Position numbers and translations under genes: made by a program
Notes under the pieces: generated by a model
Database searches by the model: none
What the model was told of the DNA's origin: nothing
Seen by the model: only the letters and a program-made list of their open reading frames with translations
Part shown: in pieces, positions 21,253 through 30,870 of the stretch
How the letters are laid out: the number at the start of each line of letters is the position of its first letter
How positions within the stretch are numbered: position 1 is the first letter of the stretch
Assembly (NCBI GenBank): GCA_964590755.1
Contig: CAZPYK010000002.1
Location: 11,135-75,134 of the forward strand
DNA length: 64,000 nucleotides
Direction of reading: 5' to 3'
Origin: an uncultured Ruminococcus sp.
Lineage (GTDB): Bacteria; Bacillota; Clostridia; Oscillospirales; CAG-272

Positions 21253-21996
21253 TTACAGAACTCGGGATAAAAATTCCTTCGTTCTTTCCTCGCGGGGATG
21301 GGCGAATATTTCATCGGGGGTCCCTTCCTCGCAAATGACTCCGCCGTCCATGAATATGACGCGGTTCGATACCTCGCGCGCGAATGCCATCTCGTGTGTT
21401 ACGACTATCATGGTAAAGCCCGCCTCGGCAAGGGCACGCATGACCGAGAGCACCTCGCCCACCATTTCGGGGTCAAGGGCGCTCGTCGGCTCATCGAACA
21501 ATATCACCTCGGGCGACATGGAGAGGGTGCGCGCTATTGCAACGCGCTGCTTTTGTCCGCCCGAAAGCTGACGCGGCTTGGCGTTGATATATTGCCCCAT
21601 GCCGACCTTTTCAAGATATTTCATGGCGATCGATTCGGCTTCTTCGCGACCTCTGCCCAGCACCTTGCGCTGACCGATGACGCAGTTCCCGAGAGCCGTC
21701 ATGTTGTTGAACAGATTGAACTGCTGAAATACCATGCCGACCTCGGCGCGATATCTTCTTATATCGGTTTCGGGAGACATTATGCTTTTGCCGTTATATC
21801 TGATATCCCCGGCTGTCGGCGTTTCAAGCAGATTTATGCAGCGCAGCATGGTGGACTTTCCCGAGCCCGAAGATCCTATAACGCTGACGACCTCGCCCTT
21901 GGCAACCGACAGGCTGATGTCGCTGAGCACGTTGTGTGTACCGAAATCCTTTTTGAGGTGAGATATCTCTATGACAGGTGTGCCGGATTCAGTCAT
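21253..21996 (-). CDS. Polar amino acid ABC transporter ATP-binding protein
   Basis: [41 protein letters not shown]. Confidence 0.95.
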   Translation of the reverse strand: MTESGTPVIEISHLKKDFGTHNVLSDISLSVAKGEVVSVIGSSGSGKSTMLRCINLLETPTAGDIRYNGKSIMSPETDIRRYRAEVGMVFQQFNLFNNMTALGNCVIGQRKVLGRGREEAESIAMKYLEKVGMGQYINAKPRQLSGGQKQRVAIARTLSMSPEVILFDEPTSALDPEMVGEVLSVMRALAEAGFTMIVVTHEMAFAREVSNRVIFMDGGVICEEGTPDEIFAHPREERTKEFLSRVL

Positions 21997-22768
21997 TGAT
22001 GATCGCCTCCTCTTTTTTTACGTGAATTTCCGCGTCGGGCGAGCTTTGCGAGCCGAATATTGTATAGTTTTCGTTGCCGTCAAGCTTGCGCTCTATGAAT
22101 CTGAGCAGACATGTAACGCCGAAAGTCAGGATGAAATAGATCACGCAGACGACAAAATATGTCTGGAAGGTCTGAAAGTTTTGACGCTTGATGACTCCGG
22201 CAAAGTAATAAAGCTCGGTAACGCCTATGACGTTGAGGACCGAGGTGTCCTTGATGTTTATAACGAATTCGTTGCTGACCGAGGGAAGAATGTTGCGAAT
22301 GACCTGCGGCAGTATGACATGCAGCATGGTCTGGCTGTGGCTCATGCCGATCGAGGTTGCGCCCTCAAACTGCCCGCGGTCTATCGAAATTATGCCGCCG
22401 CGCACTATCTCCGCCATATACGCACCCGTATTGATGGATACGATAAGTATTCCCGAGGGCAACAGCGGAAGCGTGTTGCCTCCGCTGGCAAAGGCATAGC
22501 CCCAATAGATGACCATTGCCTGCACCATCATCGGTGTGCCGCGAAAGATCTCAACATAAACGGTGATGATGACGTCAAGCAGCTTGCGAAGCACGGCAAG
22601 CACACGGTTGCGCGGCTTCGGAGCCGTGCGAAGCATTCCGGTGAGCAGACCGATAAGAAAGCCCGCGAGCGTGCCGACAAGCGAGATCAGCATTGTGGTC
22701 CCGATGCCGCTTAAAATAAATTTGTAATAGTTTTTGAGTATCTCTATTACGTCGTAAAAGAAGCTCAT
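21989..22768 (-). CDS. Polar amino acid ABC transporter permease
   Basis: [32 protein letters not shown]. Confidence 0.95.
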   Translation of the reverse strand: MSFFYDVIEILKNYYKFILSGIGTTMLISLVGTLAGFLIGLLTGMLRTAPKPRNRVLAVLRKLLDVIITVYVEIFRGTPMMVQAMVIYWGYAFASGGNTLPLLPSGILIVSINTGAYMAEIVRGGIISIDRGQFEGATSIGMSHSQTMLHVILPQVIRNILPSVSNEFVINIKDTSVLNVIGVTELYYFAGVIKRQNFQTFQTYFVVCVIYFILTFGVTCLLRFIERKLDGNENYTIFGSQSSPDAEIHVKKEEAIIND

Positions 22769-22790
22769 GTTCGTTTTTACTTATTGACCT

Positions 22791-23675
22791 TTACTTTTTG
22801 TATATGACAACGAGGTTGGAGGTGTAGTACATATCGGTAAAGTCTATCTCCTCCTCGCGCTCGGGCGTGGGGCTCATGCCGGCGACTATGCCGTCGACCG
22901 CACCGGACTGTACTGCGGGAATAAGAGAATCCCATTCATAAGAATAGACCTCAAGCTTAAGACCCAGCTTGTTGGCGACGTAAAGAGCTATTTGAACGTC
23001 GTAGCCGTTGGCGTACTGACCCTCTTTGACCTTGCCGCCCTCGCCGTGGATCGGTACCGCTCCGGCGGAGGGGGTGCCGAGGTCGGTCCAGTTGTAGGGC
23101 TCGTAGGCACATTCCATGGCTATCTTAAGCGTTCCGGTGGGGTTTTCGGGTTCCTCGGAGGTGAGAGCCGGCGCATCAATGCTCTTGCCGGCGCTGATAT
23201 CCGCCATTTGAAGCATAAGCTCGTATCTGGTCTCCTCGGAGATGGTGGCAAGCACGGCGTTTATCTGATCCTTAAGAGCGGATCCTTTGGCAAGACCTAT
23301 GGCAACGCCGGTCTGCTTTTCGGTGGCGGTAAAGCCGGTGTCGTTGTTTACGAGCTTGAGGTAATCAAGCCCCTCGTTGGCGGGGCAAACGGCGAGAGCC
23401 GTGGGCTCCTCGGCGATGTAGCCGTCTATCGCGCCGCTCAAAAGTGCGGTGAGAAGATCCGAAAATTCGGGGTATGTGTCGGCTGTGTTGCCGCTTATCT
23501 GCTTCATTGCCTCGGCGTGGAAGGTGCCCGACTGCGCGGCGATCTTTGCGCCGGCGAGATCGGCGATCGACGACGCGCCGCTTATGTCCTTCTTTTCGGA
23601 GGAGCAGGAGGGAAGCGAGAGTATGCACACTGCACTCATAAGCAGTGCGAGCAGAAGGGAGAGTGTTCTTTTCAT
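22791..23675 (-). CDS. Polar amino acid (probably lysine) ABC substrate-binding lipoprotein, circularly permuted
   Basis: Lipobox LPSC; family-3 SBP motifs MECAYEPYNW, GYDVQIA, WDSLIPAVQSG, AGMSPTPER; lysine riboswitch upstream. Confidence 0.88.
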   Translation of the reverse strand: MKRTLSLLLALLMSAVCILSLPSCSSEKKDISGASSIADLAGAKIAAQSGTFHAEAMKQISGNTADTYPEFSDLLTALLSGAIDGYIAEEPTALAVCPANEGLDYLKLVNNDTGFTATEKQTGVAIGLAKGSALKDQINAVLATISEETRYELMLQMADISAGKSIDAPALTSEEPENPTGTLKIAMECAYEPYNWTDLGTPSAGAVPIHGEGGKVKEGQYANGYDVQIALYVANKLGLKLEVYSYEWDSLIPAVQSGAVDGIVAGMSPTPEREEEIDFTDMYYTSNLVVIYKK

Positions 23676-23694
23676 TTTGTTTTATTCCTTTCAG

Positions 23695-23738
23695 AAAATA
23701 AAATACGGAAGGACCGCGGCGAAAAGCCGCGGTCCTTC
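23695..23738 (-). terminator. Attenuator/terminator in the lysine riboswitch leader
   Basis: 13-bp stem GAAGGACCGCGGC / GCCGCGGTCCTTC followed on the minus strand by CGTATTTTATTTT, between aptamer and start codon. Confidence 0.65.
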
Positions 23739-23791
23739 AATAAAAATGAACGTAAATGTCAAAAACGACAACGCTCGTTATTGTTCGTACC

Positions 23792-23948
23792 GATAGCTCT
23801 CCGCTTTCGCGACAGTCGAACGGATGTTATCCGCTCGCCCAGCCGATGCCTCACAGCGAGGTTCGACTTCGGCAAGGATCCCTTTTGCGCATCGTCATCG
23901 GTCCGCTGTGACCTCAAAAACGCTACTTTTGATCCTCGCGCCTCTATC
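23792..23948 (-). ncRNA. Lysine riboswitch (L-box)
   Basis: Minus strand reads GATAGAGGCGCG..AGTA..GATGA..AAAGG..GCCGAAG..TGGG..ACTGTC..GGAGAGCTATC with P1 GATAG/CTATC; upstream of an amino acid ABC operon. Confidence 0.9.
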
Positions 23949-24310
23949 ATGGGAAGTATTATATCAGAAAGACGGACAAAATGCAATAGCTTTTTGCGAT
24001 TTTTTGCAAATACGTGATTTGATACAAAAATATGTCGCCGACCCTCGGCATAATGCTGTTAATAACTACAAAAAACGTGCGCGAGAAGATAAAAAATGCG
24101 ATTTTTCGGCGAAAAATCAAAAAAAGTATATACAAACAGATTTATTTATGATATAATAAACTGTGTATATGCGAGCTCGTGCCGCCAGCGTCATGCCGCG
24201 AAAACGAGTCCGCTGACATCGATATCATCATACATAAAATATAAATACAGCTCGGCTGTAAGCTTGAGGGATGCGTCCTTCGGGTGCCCATGCGAAAGGG
24301 TATGGTCAAA

Positions 24311-25147
24311 ATGTATCAAGGCTACAATAATAAAAATAAAAGCAAAAGAAACGGATCCGGCGGAGGACGTCGCCCTCTCCCTCCGCGCGAGCGAGACAGT
24401 GAGGCGGTCGAGGGAATAGTTTTCGGCAGGAACGAGGTGCGCGAGCTTTTGCGCTCCGGTCGCTCGGTGGATAAGCTTTTTATTCGTCGCGGCGAGCTTC
24501 AAGGCTCGGTCAATCTCATCGTCGGCGAGGCTTCCGAGATGGGTATACCGATAGTCGAGGTGGAAAAGGAGAAGCTTGACGAGCTCTGTCGCGGCGGTGT
24601 CCATCAGGGCGTTGCGGCAATGGCGGCGGAAAAGGAATATTGCAGTGTGGAGGATATACTGGCAATAGCCCGCGAGCGCGGCGAGCAGCCGTTCATTGCG
24701 ATCTGCGACGGAATCGAGGATCCGTACAATCTCGGTGCTTTGATCCGCTGTGCGGAATGCGCGGGCGTACACGGGGTGATAATTCCCAAGCGGCGCGCGT
24801 CGGGGCTGACGCCCACTGCGGCAAAGGCATCTGCGGGAGCGGTTGAGCATATGGCGGTCGCAAAGGTCACAAATATTGCCGCAACAATAGACGAGCTCAA
24901 GGCGGCGGGCGTTTGGACTTATGCCGCAGAGGCGGGAGGCGAGAGTGTTTACACCGTGGATCTCGATCGACCCGCGGCGTTCGTTTTCGGAAGCGAGGGC
25001 GCCGGTGTCTCGCGTCTGGTCAAGGAAAAATGCGATTATATTGTATCCATTCCGATGTACGGCAGGGTCAATTCGATGAATGTTTCCACTGCGGCGGCGG
25101 TCGTGCTGGCCGAGGCTGCGCACAGGCGTCACGCGACGGTCGAATAA
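24311..25147 (+). CDS. rlmB: 23S rRNA (G2251-2'-O)-methyltransferase RlmB
   Basis: GRNEVRE, HQGVAA, DPYNLGALIR, FGSEGAG, IPMYGRVNSMNVS SPOUT motifs. Confidence 0.93.
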   Translation: MYQGYNNKNKSKRNGSGGGRRPLPPRERDSEAVEGIVFGRNEVRELLRSGRSVDKLFIRRGELQGSVNLIVGEASEMGIPIVEVEKEKLDELCRGGVHQGVAAMAAEKEYCSVEDILAIARERGEQPFIAICDGIEDPYNLGALIRCAECAGVHGVIIPKRRASGLTPTAAKASAGAVEHMAVAKVTNIAATIDELKAAGVWTYAAEAGGESVYTVDLDRPAAFVFGSEGAGVSRLVKEKCDYIVSIPMYGRVNSMNVSTAAAVVLAEAAHRRHATVE

Positions 25148-25242
25148 GTCACGGATACAAAGCGAGTTGACTTTGTCTGTACCGCACAAGGCGTCAAGCG
25201 TGTCACCAAACAGCATATCAATGCGAAAGGAAAAAACGGAAA

Positions 25243-28185
25243 ATGTCATATAATAGCAAAAAGCCGGAAAAAGAGAAGGGCGGAAAGGGCCGCGGCGGTC
25301 TCTTCGGCAAGCTTTTTTCGGTCGGAAACGACAGCGATGCATCCGAGTCGGAACGCGAGTTGTCTCTGAACGAGCTGATAGATGAGGAGAACAGCGAGAC
25401 ACCCGGCGCCCCCGAGGTTCCCGCGATACACCTTGAGGATACCGAGACGAATGAAGATATCTTTGAGGAGGATATATCCGAGGACGATTATGCGGCGATC
25501 CTTGCCGCGGCTGTCGCGAGTGCGAACGCCGAGGAGCCGTCGATGAACGGTGCCGAGTTTGCGACATCTGATGAGGCACCCGCCGCCGAGGATGATCCGA
25601 CCGAGGCGGAGCCCGAGGATGACGGCAAAACGGAATCGGCTGTGTCCGACCTTGCCGAGGGCGCGGGCGATCGCGACGACGGCGGCTCGGATATGCTTAA
25701 AAAGATAAAAGCTTTAAGAGCTCGCGCGGAGAGGGAGGATGAGCCATCTTCGGTAAAGAGTGAGGCCGAGACGATCGACGTCGGAGCCAACACCGATGTG
25801 TTTGAGGAATACGAATATGTCGTCAACGACGGCGGCGCGGCATCCTCGGCGGAGAAGTCCGCTCCGAGTGAGACGATCGACGAGAAAGCATTCGACGAAC
25901 CGTCCGAGTTGTCGGCGGATGACGAAAAAGCGGAGGAGGCGTCCGCGGAGGAGTTGACGGTCGCGGAGCTGCTCAAGCGCAAGCTTGAGGCGCTTCATTC
26001 CGATGCGGGCGACACGCATGCGGATGATTCCGAAAAAAGCGTGCGCGAGCGCATTGAGGAGAGCCTCAAGGAGTCCGGCGGAGCGCCTGACGATGACGAC
26101 AAAACGACGCTTGAGTCGGTCAATAATGTCGATGAGTCGGACGGGGAGTCCGCGAATGATATGTCGACGGATATTGCCGAGGCAGAGAAGGTCGCAGTAG
26201 ACGAGGATGACGCGGGCGATTCCGCAGAGAATGATCCCGAGGTCGAGGCGTTAGCCGCGAAGCTTGAAAGCGCCACCGAAAGCGCGGATTCCGACGCGGA
26301 GGATGACAGCGAGCTCATGTTCGCATTGGGCTACGGCGGAGATGCCGAGAATGCGAATAAACACGAGCATAACACCGTCCGCAGACGCGGAATAGATCTG
26401 CGATCGGATTATAACGGTGCCTTCGGCTATCGCGGCGAGGAATATCGCTCACGCGAGCAGACCGAGGATGTAAAGCGCGCTTACCGTGCGGACGGTCTGA
26501 CTCTCGCTCTGCGCGTCGTCGGAAGCGCCATACTTACGCTTGCCATTATAATATTTGAACTCTTCGGAAAGAAATTCGGCGGGGTGGTCAGCGTTGTCGA
26601 CTATCCGACGGTACATATACTCGTCTCAATGCAGTTGCTTTTGTTGCTCGCGGCGATGTCGTGGCGCCAACTGACGGCGGGTCTTATAGGTATTTTCCAT
26701 TTTGAGATAACTCCGCATTCCGCGGCATCCGCGGCGGTGCTCGTCGTGCTTATATATGACGCTCTGCTTGCCGCGATAACGCCGGAGGAATTCACGCTGT
26801 ACAATCTACCCGCCGCGCTTTGCGTTGCGATGTCGGTCGTATATGATGTGCTCGACTACGCGCGGCAGTCGCGCGCCTTTGCGTCCCTCGGATCGTGGGA
26901 TAGTTATTGCGTGCTTGAGGATGCCGATCCGGTCGCACTTGCGGCGGCGTTCGGCAATTCATCCTCTCGCGGGCGCGAGGATGCCGGCATCAACCATGCA
27001 ATGCGTTTGCGTCGCGGCAGCTTTGCAGAGGGGTATTTTAAGCACACCAATTCAAAAGATCCCGCACTCGGAGCGCTCAATTATGTTATCGCTCCGGTGA
27101 TAGCTCTCGCGCTGGTGATATTCTTTATTTCCGTCGCGGCGGGACGTGGGCTCGTGCCCTCGGCAAATACCTTTACGGTGATGGTGTTGGTCGCTTTGCC
27201 CGTATTCACGATGATCGGACTCATATACCCGCTTTTTGATATGACACGCGATCTGTTCGGCTCGAACCAAGTCCTTCTCGGTGCGAACGATGCCGAAAAA
27301 TTTGCGGATGTCGACGCGGTTATCTTCGATGAGGAGGATGTACTCGGTCCGCGTTCGTTGCTAATAAAGCGCATAGTTCTTTGCGATGGCATAATCGCGC
27401 AGGATGTGTTCGGGGTCCTTGAAGGAGCCTCGGCTGTATTCGACAAGGCGGGCGGCGCGCTTGCCGCGGCCTTCCGCAGAGCCGCCGAGAGCAATGTTTC
27501 GGTGGATCATGATGACGAAAACGATGCCGAGATCATCCGTATAAGTGACGGCGGATTGACCGCTCGTGCCTGCGGACGTGATTATCTGATAGGCAACACG
27601 ACCTTTATGGCGGTGAACGGAGTTACCGTAAATCATTCCGATTACGAATGCGACGAAGATGATGCCGGAGAGGCGGTCATGTATATCGCCGTCGATCACG
27701 AACCGGCACTGAAGCTTTATCTCAGCTATGTCATAGATGATGATTTCCGCAAGCTTGCCGCACGTCTCTCCGACGGTGGGATCTGTCCGGTCATGATCAG
27801 CAGAGATCCGAATCTTGACGACGCGTTGCTTGCGCGTCTGCTCGGCGAGCTGAAGCATCCCGTGAGAGTTATTCGCGACAAGCTTGACGGAGAGGCGGAA
27901 TCGGAGACTTCGAAAGAAGGTTCCGACTCGGTAGACTCCGGGCTCGTGGCAAACGGAAGTGCTTGGACCGCTCTGGTGGGGGCGCTCTCGCTGTGCTCGA
28001 AACTGCGCCGCGTGTCTCTGCTCAACGCGCGTCTGTCGCTTGCCATAATGGCGATCAGCGTGCTTGCCGCCGCGTTTTTGGGAGCTCTCGGTATATTTGC
28101 CGGAATGAACTCGATATACGTTGCGATCTATCAGATCGTATGCGTGCTTCCCGCAATGATAACCTCAAAGCTTATGCAAAGCTGA
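25243..28185 (+). CDS. Membrane protein with acidic low-complexity N-terminus and degenerate P1B-type ATPase-like region
   Basis: About 370 aa D/E-rich region, about 8 TMs, EKFADVDAVIFDEEDVL at the DKTGT position, GRDYLIGN, MYIAVD, VMISRDPN at the TGDN position. Confidence 0.7.
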   Translation: MSYNSKKPEKEKGGKGRGGLFGKLFSVGNDSDASESERELSLNELIDEENSETPGAPEVPAIHLEDTETNEDIFEEDISEDDYAAILAAAVASANAEEPSMNGAEFATSDEAPAAEDDPTEAEPEDDGKTESAVSDLAEGAGDRDDGGSDMLKKIKALRARAEREDEPSSVKSEAETIDVGANTDVFEEYEYVVNDGGAASSAEKSAPSETIDEKAFDEPSELSADDEKAEEASAEELTVAELLKRKLEALHSDAGDTHADDSEKSVRERIEESLKESGGAPDDDDKTTLESVNNVDESDGESANDMSTDIAEAEKVAVDEDDAGDSAENDPEVEALAAKLESATESADSDAEDDSELMFALGYGGDAENANKHEHNTVRRRGIDLRSDYNGAFGYRGEEYRSREQTEDVKRAYRADGLTLALRVVGSAILTLAIIIFELFGKKFGGVVSVVDYPTVHILVSMQLLLLLAAMSWRQLTAGLIGIFHFEITPHSAASAAVLVVLIYDALLAAITPEEFTLYNLPAALCVAMSVVYDVLDYARQSRAFASLGSWDSYCVLEDADPVALAAAFGNSSSRGREDAGINHAMRLRRGSFAEGYFKHTNSKDPALGALNYVIAPVIALALVIFFISVAAGRGLVPSANTFTVMVLVALPVFTMIGLIYPLFDMTRDLFGSNQVLLGANDAEKFADVDAVIFDEEDVLGPRSLLIKRIVLCDGIIAQDVFGVLEGASAVFDKAGGALAAAFRRAAESNVSVDHDDENDAEIIRISDGGLTARACGRDYLIGNTTFMAVNGVTVNHSDYECDEDDAGEAVMYIAVDHEPALKLYLSYVIDDDFRKLAARLSDGGICPVMISRDPNLDDALLARLLGELKHPVRVIRDKLDGEAESETSKEGSDSVDSGLVANGSAWTALVGALSLCSKLRRVSLLNARLSLAIMAISVLAAAFLGALGIFAGMNSIYVAIYQIVCVLPAMITSKLMQS

Positions 28186-28263
28186 AGCTTGGCTCAACGG
28201 CGGTGCGAAAAGCTTTTTATCGGCTTTTCGCACCGCCGTAGGTGTTGAATACAGAATTTATAT

Positions 28264-30129
28264 ATGGAGATTGATATGGTACCGGAATCTATATTAAGGT
28301 CCGTCTCAAAGCCCGGCAGATATACCGGCGGAGAGTACGGTCAGATCGTCAAGGATAAAGACAAAGTCAAGGCGAGATTTGCCTTTTGCTTTCCCGATTC
28401 CTATGAAATAGGTATGTCAAACCTCGGCGTACGCATACTTTACGGCGTGCTCAACCGCGAGGATGACATATGGTGCGAGCGCGTTTACGCTCCGTGGATA
28501 GACATGGAGGAAAAAATGCGCGAGCACGGCATTCCCCTTAGGGCGCACGAGAGCGGAGACCCGATAGCGCAATTCGATTTTATCGGCTTTACTCTGCAAT
28601 ATGAGATGAGCTATACGAACATTCTCAACATGCTCGATCTTGCCGGTCTGCCTCTGCGCGCCGCCGATCGCACCGACGATATGCCGCTGGTCATCGGAGG
28701 CGGCCCCTGCTCATACAACGCCGAGCCGATAGCCGATTTCTTCGATCTTTTTAACATCGGCGAGGGCGAGGAGATGCTGCCCGAGATAGTTCGTCTTTAT
28801 ATAAAGATGAAGGAGGAGGGAAGCTATACCCGTGCGGCGTTCCTGCATGAGGCGGCAAGAAGCATAGAGGGCGTTTATGTTCCCTCGCTTTATGATGTCA
28901 CATATAACGATGACGGCACCGTGTCTGCCTACACGCCCAAATATCCGGATGTGCCGCGCACGGTGCGCAAGCGCATAGTCAAGGATCTTGACAGCATGTA
29001 CTTCCCCGATAAGCTTGTGATGCCCTATCTTGAGACGGTGCAGGACAGAATAATGCTTGAGGTCTTTCGCGGCTGCATACGCGGCTGTCGCTTCTGCCAG
29101 GCGGGGATCATCTATCGACCGGTGCGTGAAAAGTCCCCCGAGGTTCTTTGTGATCAAGCCAAATGCCTTTACGAATACACGGGATATGAGGAGATATCGC
29201 TCAGCTCGCTTTCGATATCCGACTACACCGGTCTGCGCGAGCTGACCGACGGGCTTATATCCTGGACGAATGATAAAAAAGTCAGCCTGTCGCTTCCGTC
29301 GTTGCGCATAGACAGCTTTACGCGCGAGCTGATGGACAAGGTCGCATCGGTGCGCGCATCCTCCATAACCTTCGCTCCGGAGGCGGGAACTCAAAGACTG
29401 CGTGACGTTATAAATAAGAATGTGACCGAGGAGAACCTTATGAACGCCGCGGGAATTGCCTTTGCGGCGGGAAAAGAGCAGGTCAAACTGTACTTTATGG
29501 ACGGTCTGCCCACCGAGACATACGAGGATCTTGAGGGAATCGCAAAGCTGGGCAAGGCGGTGATCGAAAAATACTACGCCACGCCCGAGCACAACAAGCG
29601 CCGTCAGCCGCAGGTCACGGTCAGCGTATCCTGCTTTGTGCCAAAGCCCTTTACGCCCTTCCAATGGGAGCCGCAGGACAGCTGCGAAACGCTTGAGGAA
29701 AAGCGCCTCTTTATCCGCTCCAAGATAACCGATCGCAAGATCAAATTCTCGGCGCACGATTCGGGGACCTCCCGCATCGAGGCGGTGCTGGCGCTGGGTG
29801 ACAGACGCGTGGGTGCGGCGCTTGAGCTTGCCTGTCGCGAGGGCTTTCACTTTGACGCGTGGGATGAGTTCTTTGATTACGACAAATGGATAAGCGTGTT
29901 CGAGCGCTCGGGCATCGATCCCGCATTTTATGCCAACCGTCGCAGAGACACGAGCGAGGTGCTGCCGTGGGATGTGATCGATTGCGGAGTTACAAAGGAG
30001 TTTCTCATTCGCGAGCATGACAAAGCGCATGCGGGGGTGACAACGCCGAGCTGTCGTGAGCACTGCTCGGGATGCGGTGCGAACAGACTTGGAGGGGAGA
30101 GGGCTGTCTGCCCCAATTTGCAAAAATGA
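28264..30129 (+). CDS. TIGR03960 family B12-binding radical SAM protein
   Basis: KPGRYTGGE, FPDSYEIGMSNLG, RGCIRGCRFCQAG (CxxxCxxC), APEAGTQRLR, VPKPFTPFQW. Confidence 0.9.
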   Translation: MEIDMVPESILRSVSKPGRYTGGEYGQIVKDKDKVKARFAFCFPDSYEIGMSNLGVRILYGVLNREDDIWCERVYAPWIDMEEKMREHGIPLRAHESGDPIAQFDFIGFTLQYEMSYTNILNMLDLAGLPLRAADRTDDMPLVIGGGPCSYNAEPIADFFDLFNIGEGEEMLPEIVRLYIKMKEEGSYTRAAFLHEAARSIEGVYVPSLYDVTYNDDGTVSAYTPKYPDVPRTVRKRIVKDLDSMYFPDKLVMPYLETVQDRIMLEVFRGCIRGCRFCQAGIIYRPVREKSPEVLCDQAKCLYEYTGYEEISLSSLSISDYTGLRELTDGLISWTNDKKVSLSLPSLRIDSFTRELMDKVASVRASSITFAPEAGTQRLRDVINKNVTEENLMNAAGIAFAAGKEQVKLYFMDGLPTETYEDLEGIAKLGKAVIEKYYATPEHNKRRQPQVTVSVSCFVPKPFTPFQWEPQDSCETLEEKRLFIRSKITDRKIKFSAHDSGTSRIEAVLALGDRRVGAALELACREGFHFDAWDEFFDYDKWISVFERSGIDPAFYANRRRDTSEVLPWDVIDCGVTKEFLIREHDKAHAGVTTPSCREHCSGCGANRLGGERAVCPNLQK

Positions 30130-30857
30130 ACGCAATGGATATAAAAGAAAAAAAGGGAATAACGCCGCCCTCCGAGCCGCGCGTGATAAGGCTCGGCTTT
30201 ACCAAGCACGGCGGCATAATATATACCTCGCACCTCGACCTTCAGCGCACGGTCATGCGCATTCTTGCGCGTGCCGATCTGCCGCTTTGGTTTACGCAAG
30301 GGTTTAATCCGCATGCGAAGTTGGTGTTTGCACTGCCGCTTCCGCTCGGGTGCGCAAGCGAATGCGAGCTTATGGATATAAGGCTTGAAAACGCCGGTAC
30401 CATGAGCTGTGACGAGGTACTGCGCCGCATGCGCGGGGCTACCGTGCCGGGAATAGAGTTTATCTCCTGCTATCCGGCGGTGAAAAAATTTGCCGAGATA
30501 GACGCCGCGGATTATACCATAGTCCTGCGCCTTCCGGGCGTGGGCTCGGTGTCGGCGCGCGAGCTGAAGGATATGCTGGACGAAGACGAGATAATAACGC
30601 AAAAAAAGACGAAATCCGGTGTGGCGGAGGCAAATATCGCTCCGTTGATCCGCGACGCCGATGTTGAAAATGGAAAGGACGAGCTTCTGATAAAAGTCCG
30701 CCTTGCCGCGGGAAGCCGTGAGAATCTTTCTCCCGAGCTGCTCGTCAAGGTCATACTTGAGCGCTTCGGTGTGCGCGCGCGCCGTTCGGCGCTCGGAGCG
30801 GATTACTCTGTGGTTCGCAACGCGGTATACGATACGCGCGGAAATATATTTATTTGA
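30126..30857 (+). CDS. TIGR03936 radical SAM-associated protein (DUF2344)
   Basis: YTSHLDLQR..RADLP..TQGFNPH..ALPLPLG; ATGA-coupled to the radical SAM gene. Confidence 0.88.
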   Translation: MNAMDIKEKKGITPPSEPRVIRLGFTKHGGIIYTSHLDLQRTVMRILARADLPLWFTQGFNPHAKLVFALPLPLGCASECELMDIRLENAGTMSCDEVLRRMRGATVPGIEFISCYPAVKKFAEIDAADYTIVLRLPGVGSVSARELKDMLDEDEIITQKKTKSGVAEANIAPLIRDADVENGKDELLIKVRLAAGSRENLSPELLVKVILERFGVRARRSALGADYSVVRNAVYDTRGNIFI

Positions 30858-30870
30858 GAGGGTCTTAAAA

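Noticed and set aside
24160-24310. Possible structured RNA upstream of rlmB
   Set aside because: Only short hairpins, with no recognisable riboswitch or T-box motifs.
24191-25579. 462-aa minus-strand ORF
   Set aside because: It overlaps the well-supported rlmB and the 980-aa gene on the opposite strand and has no recognisable motifs.
25243-28185. Calling the 980-aa protein a functional heavy-metal ATPase or a pseudogene
   Set aside because: The DKTGT, CPx, TGE and GDGxND motifs are absent, yet the frame is uninterrupted.
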